A DNA stretch of 56,885 nt, taken from NCBI GenBank assembly GCA_000934665.2, contig JYFJ02002446.1, forward strand, positions 1-56,885, given 5' to 3'. Below the pieces are notes generated by a model. That model saw nothing but the letters and a program-made list of their open reading frames with translations, had not been told where the DNA came from and made no database searches. This DNA comes from Catajapyx aquilonaris. Taxonomy: Eukaryota. The position numbers and the translations under genes are program-made. Positions 25,396 to 36,833 of this stretch are shown here, in pieces; within the stretch, counting starts at the first letter, position 1, and the number at the start of each line of letters is the position of its first letter.

Positions 25396-25995
25396 AGCAA
25401 AACCCTTCACAGGAAATTCAATGAATAAAGACTGTTTAACTATTAAAGACTCCTTGGCACTGTAGTTCCTCCCTCCGAAGGTCGTTTGTCATTGAGTGAA
25501 GGTGACTCTAAATGACATCGACTGGTGCTTTCTTGGAAAGGACTATAATTGCCAGCCAGGCAAAGTGTGTGGCAAGACACTTACTACTTATTAATTACAA
25601 AGAGGTTTGGCAATGGACAGACCTACTGTTCCGGTAGTTATAATGCAAGGGATTATTTTTGGATATATCACGTGATGAATTATTGAGACATAGCTGACGA
25701 AACTAACAAGATGCGGAGGGGGAGAGGAGAGAATTGTTTATTATTAATAATAGCCTTACAGAGGTGGTGTATGTAATATTGGGGGTACGGTCACAGCTGA
25801 ATGGATAATGATAAAGATTACTCCGCGTGCTGCTATACATGCGCAGGTATAGTACAAGGTCTCGGATTTGCAGAGTAGGTCTAATAGTGTACATTATGCA
25901 ATAATTCCATCAGAGCAGTCTCAGGAAAAGTACGCGAATAATCTTGCTTCAGAACATTGAGAAACGTAAAAGTACAGTACGTAGCTACAGAAAAG

Positions 25996-27963
25996 ATGCT
26001 CCACCTTCTTTTGGCCATTGTCTTTGGTGCCTTGTCCTTTCCCTTGGGGCATTGCAGTGTGTCAGTGACTGGAGAGGGTCACGTGTTGGATGGACAAGTG
26101 ACCGAGTCTGTTTGGCACCTTCTGCAGGGAGGGGACAGGGTGGACAGGGAGTGTCCCATGGCCCTGACCCATGACCTCGGGTGGGGATGGCCTGGTCACC
26201 TCCAGGTCATGGTGTCCAACATGTCCAGGGCAGGGAGGCCAGTGTTGCTTGCCAGATCGACTCGTGGTTCTAATCGGAGGAGGTGGGACTGCTCTTCGAC
26301 TAGTGACCCCGAGGGTGATCTAGTTTCAATCCAAGCAACTCGAAACTACAAGTGCTTGGTCAACATGGTGACCACTTGCAGCCAGAACTACAAAGAGGTC
26401 ATGGAGGAACTTTTGGATCCGGAGGAAGGAGTGATCACCGCCAAGAAAACAAAGGACTCGTTCTTAATCTGGATCAGGGACGATCCGGATCAGAGATTCC
26501 TGTTGGATAAACCGGCTTCGACTCTCAAGTTCAAAGCAGCTGTTGTCACCAAAGACAGTGACATCCCAGTGATCTCGTCAGTTTGTTTCTTCTGCAATCA
26601 GGGTGAACCAACTGTAGAGACTGTTATGTTGAACACGAGCAATTTGCCACGTGCACTGCTGACAATGATGTTTGAGGACACCGCTTATGACTTTCACGGA
26701 AAGATGTTAAGAACTATTTATTACGATCGGTTCAGCTACGAAGAATGTCATCCACATGTTTGGTGGAACCTTCTTCCCGCCTGCTTCATTGGTGAAGCTC
26801 TCAATTTCAAATGGAAAGCCGATTATGTGAACCTTGCAGAAATGATTGGTGATATTGGCAAAGCACTAGAAGTACTGGAAGAAATCACAAAGGGCACTAT
26901 TTCGTTCATATTATTCTGTCCCAATATTGAAATAATGAATACTGTATTCGATATCATCACGCCACATTTTCAAGACCGAGTTACGTTCCTGGCACGTAAA
27001 CCCAACATTATCGAAACGCCATTTATAATTTTTTATCCGTATCAAATAATCCCCTGGTGCTGCTTTTTCTGTTCGTTATTTATGTACGGAGTATTTATGT
27101 TCATTTTGTCCAAACGACAGGTTCGATATAATAATTTCTTGGTTAGATTCCGCACTGTTCTGGGCAGCTGTCAATATTTGGCACGAGTAATGCTTGGCCA
27201 GGATCCAGGATACAACACTGAAATTCATATTTCATTTATGATCGCCTTAATATTCTGGACGTATTTTTCAATGATAACTGGGACTGGGTTTGTTGCCAAA
27301 TTGTTTTACTTCTTTGCATATCCTCCAACGGAGAAAATTCCTCGGACTTTTCCGGAATTAATTGAATCCGAGTTTGGCATAAATACGATGACATTTATGC
27401 ATGAGTTATTATTTGCGGGCGATGCTACTGATGAAGACATGGACGCAACAGCTCTTAGAGTTAAAGAAAATCTGGTCGTCGTGGCACAGGAAGAATGTGC
27501 ACAGCCAGTTTTCGCAAAAAATACAGTGTGCATGGCCACTGTGGACCTTCTGGAGGGCTACCTTCCTTCGAGTGATGGGCAAATCAAGACATTCATTTCA
27601 GACGATTCTTACGCTGCATTCTACATGTCAATGTCCTTTTCCAAGGACAGCGTTTATTCGTCCAACTTCAACTTTTGGGCGCAAGTGTACAACAGCATCG
27701 GTCTGGCTGTAAAGAGCCATCGTTTCAGTGAGTTTGTAAGACACTGGCGACTTGCGAGACTGGCTGAACGAAATGTATTAGACACTGATGTCAAAGGTGG
27801 AATAGTATTTTCGGTGGAGAAGTTGCAGGGAGCATTTTTCATACTTCTATTTGGAATTGCATTGGCACTAGGCGTATTCCTGAAGGAATTTTTTTGCAGC
27901 GAGAAACTATGCTGCAGGAAAGGACATTATTTTAAGCATCGCAAAGTGACTCCCCATTCATGA
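25996..27963 (+). CDS. Divergent IR, subfamily A, 655 aa
   Basis: ATG at 25996 gives a signal peptide matching the paralogs. Close paralog of 21861-23828. Confidence 0.88.
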   Translation: MLHLLLAIVFGALSFPLGHCSVSVTGEGHVLDGQVTESVWHLLQGGDRVDRECPMALTHDLGWGWPGHLQVMVSNMSRAGRPVLLARSTRGSNRRRWDCSSTSDPEGDLVSIQATRNYKCLVNMVTTCSQNYKEVMEELLDPEEGVITAKKTKDSFLIWIRDDPDQRFLLDKPASTLKFKAAVVTKDSDIPVISSVCFFCNQGEPTVETVMLNTSNLPRALLTMMFEDTAYDFHGKMLRTIYYDRFSYEECHPHVWWNLLPACFIGEALNFKWKADYVNLAEMIGDIGKALEVLEEITKGTISFILFCPNIEIMNTVFDIITPHFQDRVTFLARKPNIIETPFIIFYPYQIIPWCCFFCSLFMYGVFMFILSKRQVRYNNFLVRFRTVLGSCQYLARVMLGQDPGYNTEIHISFMIALIFWTYFSMITGTGFVAKLFYFFAYPPTEKIPRTFPELIESEFGINTMTFMHELLFAGDATDEDMDATALRVKENLVVVAQEECAQPVFAKNTVCMATVDLLEGYLPSSDGQIKTFISDDSYAAFYMSMSFSKDSVYSSNFNFWAQVYNSIGLAVKSHRFSEFVRHWRLARLAERNVLDTDVKGGIVFSVEKLQGAFFILLFGIALALGVFLKEFFCSEKLCCRKGHYFKHRKVTPHS

Positions 27964-29085
27964 GGAAGTAAAATATATAACTGACATTTTTTTCTCCATA
28001 AAAACCAGAGCACCTAATAAACATCAGTGAAAATATCATATTTTGAGCATCTTATTGTATATCCTGTGTGTCTCAAAGTTAGTAATAAATATGACGGTGT
28101 TAACGACTACTTTATAGACTCTTCTGACCCTTTCAAGGCCTCATTCGAGCATGTTGCAAGATTCCAATGCGAAGGTCGCCAATTGTCATTGTGGTGCTAG
28201 TGTGATGGTCTGTTGGTTCAACTAAACTGGATCGTCTGAAACTTTAATGGACATCTGCCGATTTTGCAACAAGGCAGAGTGGGTGGCATTTATAACGTCG
28301 ATTTCTGAAAGGTTTGCACAGTTTCGCAATGGAACACGCATTGGCGATTCTTTTCTAGAATACACTATAAGCGAACAAGGAACCAATCAGAGAATGATTT
28401 AGTTTCCACATCAAAATTTGACACATGGAGAATTTTATGATAAAAATCATTGCAAAATTTAATTATTTTTTGATTACTCATAACACGTCAGATAAGAAAG
28501 GAAATTAAAAGGACGGATCATCAAATTATGTAGATTTCAAAGGCAGCACGGTGAAGTTTTACCATTTTGACATTATTCTGGCCAAATCACCTGATCTATG
28601 ACCTTGCCCCCAACACACATAACCTTACCTTGTGTGGAAATCAGCAGTTAAAACTGCACACAATGGAACATTAGCGTAATAAGTTTTCCGAACCCAGTTT
28701 ACTTCCGAAGAAAATAATACGTCGTCAGGTGTGATTAGTAAGTCACTTCCTGTGGCAATCTCGCCAAGTAAACTAACAAAGCATAATTTACTCTAAACCG
28801 AGCGAAGGCACGCAATAAGAGAAGTATGTCCCAATGGCCTCAGTGTCACAATGGGGCCATTACTTTTCAAGTCCTGACCGCTCCAACGTCACTCTTATCC
28901 TCTCACTTTTGCGAATCACCCGCCGCAACAATAGCCAATTCACTCGGCCAAACAATCCGTGACAAATATTGTGCCAGATGCACAGAAATAGGACTTTCTG
29001 CATACGCACTACTAGTCTCTGAATGGAATGCTAGGAAGTCGTGCCTTCGAAAGCACCGGATTGAGACCGAGCCTCTACTAAGACG

Positions 29086-29530
29086 ATGCTGGGTCGACCT
29101 TGCCTGATTGTGGCCCTCTGCTTGGCCCTGGGTCTCGCCCTGGGTCAGGCCTCGCCCCTGCAGCCTGGACGGGAAGAATTACGTCAAAAGAGAGGTGAGA
29201 TGTGACGCAACATACACGCAAATTGATATGGCAGAAGACAGAAGATGGAACTATCGCTATTCTCATTGGATTTCAGAAGCAAAGCATCATCACCGTACAC
29301 CGCCACCACCACCGCCGCCGCCACCTCCAGAAACCTTGACCTCTGGTCTGCACAAGAAGCTGAGCGATGTGGGAAAAGGACTGGAAGGACTGGACGGACA
29401 CGGGCAGAATTCAAAGGTCAGGCATTTTTCGCAACTAATCTGTTTTCTTCGGATTTTTGGAAAAGAATCCAGTCCTAACTAGCGCAATTCGTTTCAGGCC
29501 GCCCCTTTGGCGTCTGTGCTCGGAAGATAA
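29086..29530 (+). CDS. Small secreted prepropeptide, 93 aa. Exons 29086-29194, 29277-29416, 29498-29530
   Basis: MLGRPCLIVALCLALGLALGQASPLQPGREELRQKR-EAKHHHRT(P)10ETLTSGLHKKLSDVGKGLEGLDGHGQNSK-AAPLASVLGR*. Introns of 82 and 81 nt are GT..TTTCAG with phases 1 and 0. Branch-point-like CTAAC at 29475. Confidence 0.75.
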
Positions 29531-29699
29531 ACATATTACAATATTTATGATTATGTGGTCAATGATGACCACATATATATGATTTTATGCAGTAAATTAG
29601 AATGATCATACAATGCAACAACCAAATCATATCAAAATACTGACCGTCGGTTAATTTATAATAAGATTCACATTCGCCTAGTTTAGGATTTTGTCTGTA

Positions 29700-30170
29700 T
29701 CACTGGACAGTAGGCTATTATCTTGCAAACATGAACTGAAATATTTTTATAAAATGGATCCAATCAGTTCCGGAAATGTCAGCTTAATATTTTCCATGGT
29801 ATAGGATCAATAGAGAAATAAAATACTGACGAGCTTTTTATGCCACAACAATTATTACGATTTCGAAATAATCCCAAAAATAGTAGAGCTATCGTGAAAT
29901 GACACGGACATTGTAGTTTTTTTCCCTCCTGACCAAGTGTCACACACTTCCGTTCAATGTACTGAATCTGACCAAGAAGACATGGAGTCCTGAATCGCAG
30001 ACGTTTGGACAGATGAAACAGGAACCAACCGTATAAATGAGAAGAGAAGTAAAGAATCATCACCAAGACACACGATCACCAAAAGTGCCATTGGATTCAC
30101 GAACCAAAAAAAGTGACTAGGTCTTGAATATATATGGACATATCGAATCAAGCACGATCGTCACTAATTT
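29700..30170 (-). pseudogene. Degenerate IR (subfamily A) remnant, M1-M3 region
   Basis: Across frameshifts: LYGWFLFHLSKR, RFRT, QY..R..TLGQ, FTIALLF, TFPELIGS. Confidence 0.65.
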
Positions 30171-32253
30171 CAATTTTCCTACGAAAGGCGCGAGGGAATT
30201 AAAGAATTACTTAACTTCTGCCCCTGACCGTGACCTTCTGAAATTCTCTTATCGACAACTCTACCTACAGTAATTATACGTCAAATTATTTAACACATAC
30301 CAAGTACACCCGGTCAGTAATGATTTCATTATTGGTTTTCCGGCCTCTCTACTCAGCCATTGTTTTAATGCTAAATATTAACAATTCCATTGAATTTTTT
30401 GGGGGAAATGGCAAAATCATTGTATTGCTTTACAAATTGTTATTATTTCATCATGAATATTCTGCTCTTGCAAAATATATTTCCTAAATTATGTTGTGGC
30501 ACGATGTAATTTAATTTTGGGCTCTAAGTAATGGCCTTTAGCTCAGCTCTACATGTAAGGTGACCTTCTGAAGTTTTCTCATGAAAAAAGTAAGATGTCG
30601 TTGTGTGGGCGGAGCATAAGGTAAGATTATACATATTACATAATATTACTGACCTGCACATGATGAAATGACCTTGAGTCATACATGATAGATCTATAAG
30701 GTTAGACTTCTGGGAACTACAGTATGTCAATTGCCTCAGTAGCAGTAGCCGAGAAATGTACTATAGGAAAAGACAGTGGGAATTATTGCTGTTGTGGTTC
30801 CAACAAGAAAGGATTACAATAATATTTTTCTTGATTTAAGCAGTTTCCCGAGTCGAATCTTGCACTGTAGAAAGGCCTCTCTCATAACATGTGGAAAATA
30901 AATATTTTCGTCTCAGCGAAAAATGGCTGGGGTCATTATTTCGCTACCCGTATTCTCGGGTGCTTGGGGCCCAGCCAGTGCAGAAATGTTCGTAGAAGAC
31001 ATTAAATATTAATGTGACACCAACAGACCATCACATCACGCCACCACAACAGACGACATACGTATAGATGACTGTATATAACTGCGACATACCCGAACGA
31101 AGCGTCACACGTGTCGAGGTCACATAAATTTCGGTTACGTAATACAGGGTGACCCTAATGATTGGACACATAGGTAGGCCCTAATAGTAATTTATTGTTG
31201 GTTGCCAGATTTCCTGTTGTCAGCCAACAATACAAAACAATTATCCATGCGAAGACCTATACACATGTGGTATACAGTCTAAAACTCTCGGCGCCATCTG
31301 AGGTCAAATAAAAAGGGCTTGTTGTGGACGATCCTGTTGGACGAATCCTGATGAAATCTTGCACTTATAATAACTACTATAGTAGTACATTTATTAATAT
31401 CGCAGTAATTATGCAAAAATTGTCAGATATTGCATTCGGCTAAAATTAAGAACTTCTCCCATGTATAGCATGCTATGAGCAACTCTATTTCACTATTAGG
31501 ATTAACTTTTGTAACCAAAATCCTCATAATAAATTGATGAACCGTACTATAAAAGTCGTGTCGAATTGAGACAGTATTGCGAATGTCTGTGAATGACAGG
31601 GACACTGCCATGAGCAAAAGAATAATAAATGGCGCAGAAGTTAATGGCAGAATCCATGCTCATTTCCGCTCAGTATACAAGCCTGCACAGAACCGCCAGA
31701 AGTCCATCCCTCTATGTGTCAATAATGGCGCAAGACTCCTCATGCACTGCTCAATATACTATTTCTCTATACGTTATTTATTTTATTCCATCAGAACATG
31801 TCTCTGCACACTCATCAACACATTGTGAGTGAATTAATAATCACATTTTCATACAAGAGAGCAAACCTTAATGTGAAAATTATGTGATGTACGCCATTTG
31901 GTTAGCTATAGAACTTACATAAAGTTGTACGGCGGGAGAGTCAGATTGTCCATCTCTTACAAGCAATAATGGGAGAAGATGGATTTTATTCGCATTAACT
32001 GAGGTTAAGAATATTATATCAAAAAGTGAAACTCAGTCTCAGTCAAGCCATTTTTGAGATATTATGCCGGGACATAGAATTGGTATGAATGGTGGTTACA
32101 TAACATAACGACTAATGAGAAACGCATTTGTGTTAATAAAAAATAAATACTTGCAACACAGAATTACAATAATTTTGGTACTGGACAGGGAATGCTGATG
32201 ATCAGTCGACAAGAGACGGTGTCCACTGCAACATTTTTTGACGCATCTTCATG

Positions 32254-34209
32254 TTATCTGGCTCTGCAGCAGAAGCACGTCTCAAAGAACAACACCAACG
32301 CAGCAATAGTCAGTCCAAACAACCACACCTTGAACATGACCAAAACATGGTCAATAGTCAACACTTGCACTGCACTGACGCGATTCTGCTCTTCTCTGGC
32401 TCTGATTTCACTCAAACTGGTCAAAATATTCATGTAATGCTCATCGGACATGAATTTTGGTTGAGCACCTCCCTCTATAGCAAACCGAAAGACGTTGGTC
32501 AGCAAGTGGTACATAACAGTGTTGTCTCGTGATGTACCAGACCCCGTGTACGACCAGTACATGTCGTCCTCTGAATAACGAACAATCGCGCGACCCAAGG
32601 TGTCTACGTATCCGTGCCTTTCCATGTCCATTATGAAATTGAAGCCTAAACAGACCACTGATTCGTGGTAGGTTTTGTCCAAGCAGCTGGCAGCCTTCCT
32701 CACCGTCTCGACTCTCTCAAACACGTCGTTCATGAGAGTCTTGTCTGCAACGGACACTGCTGTGTGCAGAAAGAAGTATTGCAGCGAGTCCATCTCAATC
32801 TTCCAGTTGGCATCGAGCAATTCGTGGAAATTGACTGGAACAAACTCTTCTGGAGGCGACGACAGCAGAGCCGTGAATTTCGCGGTGTATCCGGTGATGA
32901 CCACTCTGGACAGAAGCATTGTGGCGATGGCCAGTAGGAAGAAACACCAGGCTTTCGATGGGTATTCCCTCGATTGCTCGACCAATTCCCTCACTATTGT
33001 GTCGATGGCTCTGTACCAACTCAGATTCAATGTTTTGCTCTCAGGCGCATTTGCAGTAAAGAAGTGAACCACAACCACGCAAATGTACATGGCCATGACA
33101 AGCACGATCCAAAACAGAGCTGTGTATGGTCTGTGCAGAAGGCTCAGATCCCAGCTGATTTCGCTCATAGGGTATCGAGTCAGAAATGCGACGTACACAT
33201 ACGCGTATGGCCATGTAAGGAGAGTGTACCGGACAGTGTCCTCCGAGAATAATATTAATGTTCCTAAACCCGCCTTTCCGGACACTAGTTCTTGCACCAC
33301 TCCTTGCCACGAGCCATTTTCCAACCTCTTGTCGAAATCCCCGTTTTCTGGATACACCTTGTTGATGACCATGTCCACTTTTAGGGCCTCCGCGGTTGTG
33401 AGGGCAGCGCGATCCAATATGTTGAGGCGAATCTCACCGTGCTGCTCTTTCACCTTCCGAGCCAATTCCAGGTCGATGTCGTAGTAGGAAGACACCGTGA
33501 CTTTAATGCCGTTCAAGTGAGCGTCGATGTTCCTGAAAAAGGGATCAGAACTGTTCTCTTTCGTCAGACTTCGCACATCTGGTCGTCCTCCTTGTCCGCA
33601 GTAGACGCAGGCAGTTTCGACCCGAATCTGTCCCGAATCAGTGGTTGTGAACACCTTCAATCTGAGAGCAGTTCCAGGTGGGGACGTCATCACCCGATGC
33701 ACTTGTTCCGTGTCTGGTGATTGGAAATGGACTAGGAATCGATCCTGACCCGGCACCAGTTTGGTTCTAGATGCAGTGTACATCAATAGCTGGGAAAATA
33801 GCGACGGTGTCGAAGGAATCAGAAGATGTAAAGTGCAGGGCATACTGGTCCATTCCCTGGATAGGATTTCGGGTGGGACAGTCCTGAAGTCCAGCAACTC
33901 CTCTTGGTTTTTGAGCCAGGGAAAGTCTCGATGCTTGAACGGAAATGATGTCATCCGAACTGCGAACGATGGCAGGTACTTGTCCGACTGTCCCCTCAGA
34001 AGCGCATGGACTAGGCCAGGCCAGGTCATCAGGTCGGTCGAAGTGACCAGTGCACACGACCGCAGGTCTTCGCTTCGGAGGATCAGACTGACCACTTCGG
34101 TTGCAGCACATTCCTCTTCATTCAAACACTCCCCAATCCGAAGAAAACCAATTTTAATCCCACTGATTACGGCCAAGAGTGTGGCAAAAACTAGTGTTAT
34201 TGGCTTCAT
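32254..34209 (-). CDS. Divergent IR, subfamily B, 651 aa
   Basis: S1 motif ENGSWQGVVQELVSGKA, M3 GYTAKFTALL, 3 TM helices, intronless. Confidence 0.9.
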   Translation of the reverse strand: MKPITLVFATLLAVISGIKIGFLRIGECLNEEECAATEVVSLILRSEDLRSCALVTSTDLMTWPGLVHALLRGQSDKYLPSFAVRMTSFPFKHRDFPWLKNQEELLDFRTVPPEILSREWTSMPCTLHLLIPSTPSLFSQLLMYTASRTKLVPGQDRFLVHFQSPDTEQVHRVMTSPPGTALRLKVFTTTDSGQIRVETACVYCGQGGRPDVRSLTKENSSDPFFRNIDAHLNGIKVTVSSYYDIDLELARKVKEQHGEIRLNILDRAALTTAEALKVDMVINKVYPENGDFDKRLENGSWQGVVQELVSGKAGLGTLILFSEDTVRYTLLTWPYAYVYVAFLTRYPMSEISWDLSLLHRPYTALFWIVLVMAMYICVVVVHFFTANAPESKTLNLSWYRAIDTIVRELVEQSREYPSKAWCFFLLAIATMLLSRVVITGYTAKFTALLSSPPEEFVPVNFHELLDANWKIEMDSLQYFFLHTAVSVADKTLMNDVFERVETVRKAASCLDKTYHESVVCLGFNFIMDMERHGYVDTLGRAIVRYSEDDMYWSYTGSGTSRDNTVMYHLLTNVFRFAIEGGAQPKFMSDEHYMNILTSLSEIRAREEQNRVSAVQVLTIDHVLVMFKVWLFGLTIAALVLFFETCFCCRAR

Positions 34210-34877
34210 GTTTGCAGTCTAAATGTGAAGGCCATTCTGTTACTTGTTACGTCTTAATGAGACAAGTCGTAATTTATTAACAGCACATATCATTTGTCAA
34301 AAAGTAATGAACGTGGCATTTATGACCTATAAATGGGGCAGATTTTAGCATAGTTATGGTCTACTGAAGTTCCACGGTAGTTAACCACATGAAAAAAGGA
34401 CATCTTTCAAACTGTGTTTTAAATTATTTAGTGCCATATTCTGATGATTTCTAAAAATGACCAGTTACATTGATTCGTTCAGACACGAGATCCATTATGT
34501 TAAAAATACTGATGGCGACATTACGCAGACGAAATGGCCCGGGGATGTCATTTGGCAAGAATATTTAACTCAACAAAATACGAAGCTACTATTCGTGATA
34601 TTGCAGCAAAAATCATTTTCGCGTAGATTATTATCATTGCATATTATTGCCCGCTTGGTATTTTCGTAGCAGTGCGTGTGACGTAACGACATGTGTGTTT
34701 GCCCGAGCGATTATTGCTGACTGAGTGCGTACTTTTAATGACAGTCTGTGCCTCAGTTTATTACCCATGGCATACTAATGATTCTTTGACAAATCGTCCG
34801 CTGTTAATAAATAATTAAGACCCGTCTCATTAAGACATGACAAGTGACAGAATAGCCTTCACATTTGGGTTGCAAAC

Positions 34878-36833
34878 ATGCAGATATTAACACTAGTTTT
34901 TGCCACTCTCTTATCAATAATTGGTGGGAAGCACAGTGGTTCTCTTCTGGTTGGGGAGTGTTTGAATGAAGAGGAATGTGCTGCATCTCAAGTGGTCAGT
35001 CAGATCCTCCGAAGAGAAGACCTGTGGTCGTGTGCATTGGTCACTTCCACCGACCTGATGACCTGGCCTGGTCTAGTCCATGCGCTTCTGAGGGGACAGT
35101 CGGACAAGTACCTGCCATCGTTCGCAGTTCGGATGACCTCATTTCCGTTCAAGCATCGAGACTTTCCCTGGCTCAAAAACCAAGAGGAGTTGCTGGACTT
35201 CAGGACTGTCCCACCCGAAATCCTCTCCAGGCAATGGACCGGTGTGCCCTGCACTTTGCATCTTCTGATTCCTTCGACACCGTCGCTATTTGCCCAGCTA
35301 TTGATGTACACTGCATCTAGAACCAAACTGGTGCCGGGTCAGGATCGATTCCTAGTCCATTTCCAATCATCAGACACGGAGCAAGTGCATCGGGTGATGA
35401 CGTCCCCACCTGGAACTGCTCTCAGATTGAAGGTGTTCACAACCACACATTCGGGACAGATTCGGGTCGAAACGGCCTGCGTCTACTGCGGACAAGGAGG
35501 TCGCCCAGATGTGCGAAGTCTAACGAAAGAAAACAGTTCGGATTACTTATTCAGCAACATCGACGCTCACTTGAACGGCATTAAAATCACGGTGTCTTCC
35601 TACTACGACTTCGACCTGGATGTGGCTCGGAAAGTGAAAGAGCAGCACGGTGAGATTCGCCTCGACTTCATGGAGCGCGCTGCCATCATAATCGCGGAGG
35701 CCCTGAAATTGGACATGGTCACCAACAAGGTGTATCCAGAAAACGGAGATTTCGACAAGAGGTTGGAAAACGGCTCGTGGCAAGGAGCGGTGCAAGAACT
35801 AGTGTCCGGAAAGGCGGGTTTAGCAACAGTAATATTCTTCTCGGAGGACACTGTCCGGTACACTCTCCTTACGTGGCCATACGCGTATGTGTACGTCGCA
35901 TTTCTGACTAGGTACCCGATGAGCGAAATCAGCTGGGATCTGAGCCTTCTGCACAGACCATACACAGCTCTGTTTTGGATCGTGCTTGTCATGGCCATGT
36001 CCTTTTGCGTGGTTGTGATTCACTTCTTTACTGCACATGCGCCTGAGAGCAAAACATTGAATCTGAGTTGGTACAGAGCCATCGACACAATAGTGAGGGA
36101 ATTGGTCGAGCAATCGAGGGAATACCCATCGAAAGCCTGGTGTTTCTTCCTACTGGCCATCGCCACAATGCTTCTGTCCAGAGTGGTCATCACCGGATAC
36201 ACCGCGAAATTCACGGCTCTGCTGTCGTCGCCCCCAGAAGAGTTTGTTCCAGTCAATTTCCACGAATTGCTCGATGCCAACTGGAAGATTGAGATCGAGT
36301 CGCTGCAATACTTCTTTCTGTACAGAGTAGTGTCCGTTGCAGACAAGACTCTCATGAACGACGTGTTTGAGAGAGTCGAGACGGTGAAGAAGGCTGCAAG
36401 CTGCTTGGACAAAACCTACCACGAATCAGTGGTCTGTTTGGGCTTCAATGTCGTAATGGACAGAGAAAGACACGGATACATAGACACCTTGGGTCGCGCA
36501 ATTGTTCGTTATTCAGAGGACAACATGTACTGGTCGTACACGGCGGCTGGTACATCACGAGACAACACTGTTTTGCACCACTTGCTGACCAAAGTGTTTC
36601 GGTTTGCTATAGAAGGAGGTGCTCTAGAAAAATTCCTTTGCGATGAGCAGTACATGAATATTTTGGCCAGTTTGAGTGAAATAAGAGCCAGAGAAGAGCA
36701 GAATCGCGTCAGTGCAGTGCAAGTGTTGACTATTGATCATGTTTCGGTCATGTTCAAGGTGTGGTTGTTTGGACTGACAATTGCTGTATTGGTATTGTTC
36801 TGTGAGACGTGCTTCTGCTGCAGAGCCAGATAA
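34878..36833 (+). CDS. Divergent IR, subfamily B, 651 aa (inverted duplicate of 32254-34209)
   Basis: Same motifs, with long identical tracts shared with the minus-strand copy. Confidence 0.9.
   Translation: MQILTLVFATLLSIIGGKHSGSLLVGECLNEEECAASQVVSQILRREDLWSCALVTSTDLMTWPGLVHALLRGQSDKYLPSFAVRMTSFPFKHRDFPWLKNQEELLDFRTVPPEILSRQWTGVPCTLHLLIPSTPSLFAQLLMYTASRTKLVPGQDRFLVHFQSSDTEQVHRVMTSPPGTALRLKVFTTTHSGQIRVETACVYCGQGGRPDVRSLTKENSSDYLFSNIDAHLNGIKITVSSYYDFDLDVARKVKEQHGEIRLDFMERAAIIIAEALKLDMVTNKVYPENGDFDKRLENGSWQGAVQELVSGKAGLATVIFFSEDTVRYTLLTWPYAYVYVAFLTRYPMSEISWDLSLLHRPYTALFWIVLVMAMSFCVVVIHFFTAHAPESKTLNLSWYRAIDTIVRELVEQSREYPSKAWCFFLLAIATMLLSRVVITGYTAKFTALLSSPPEEFVPVNFHELLDANWKIEIESLQYFFLYRVVSVADKTLMNDVFERVETVKKAASCLDKTYHESVVCLGFNVVMDRERHGYIDTLGRAIVRYSEDNMYWSYTAAGTSRDNTVLHHLLTKVFRFAIEGGALEKFLCDEQYMNILASLSEIRAREEQNRVSAVQVLTIDHVSVMFKVWLFGLTIAVLVLFCETCFCCRAR

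Noticed and set aside
25957..25995. TTG-initiated N-terminal extensions of the IR ORFs (also 20118, 38611, 44429)
   Set aside because: Eukaryotic genes: the downstream ATGs give signal peptides that align across paralogs.
28990..29000. kappaB-like AGGACTTTCT upstream of the peptide gene
   Set aside because: Two mismatches to GGGACTTTCC in a single copy; expected by chance.
29108..29482. 124-aa ORF as given in the track
   Set aside because: Starts at a non-ATG codon, is out of frame with the signal-peptide exon, and reads through both predicted introns.
32665..36422. Mirrored short ORFs overlapping the inverted IR pair
   Set aside because: Alternative-frame or antisense products duplicated along with the IR genes.
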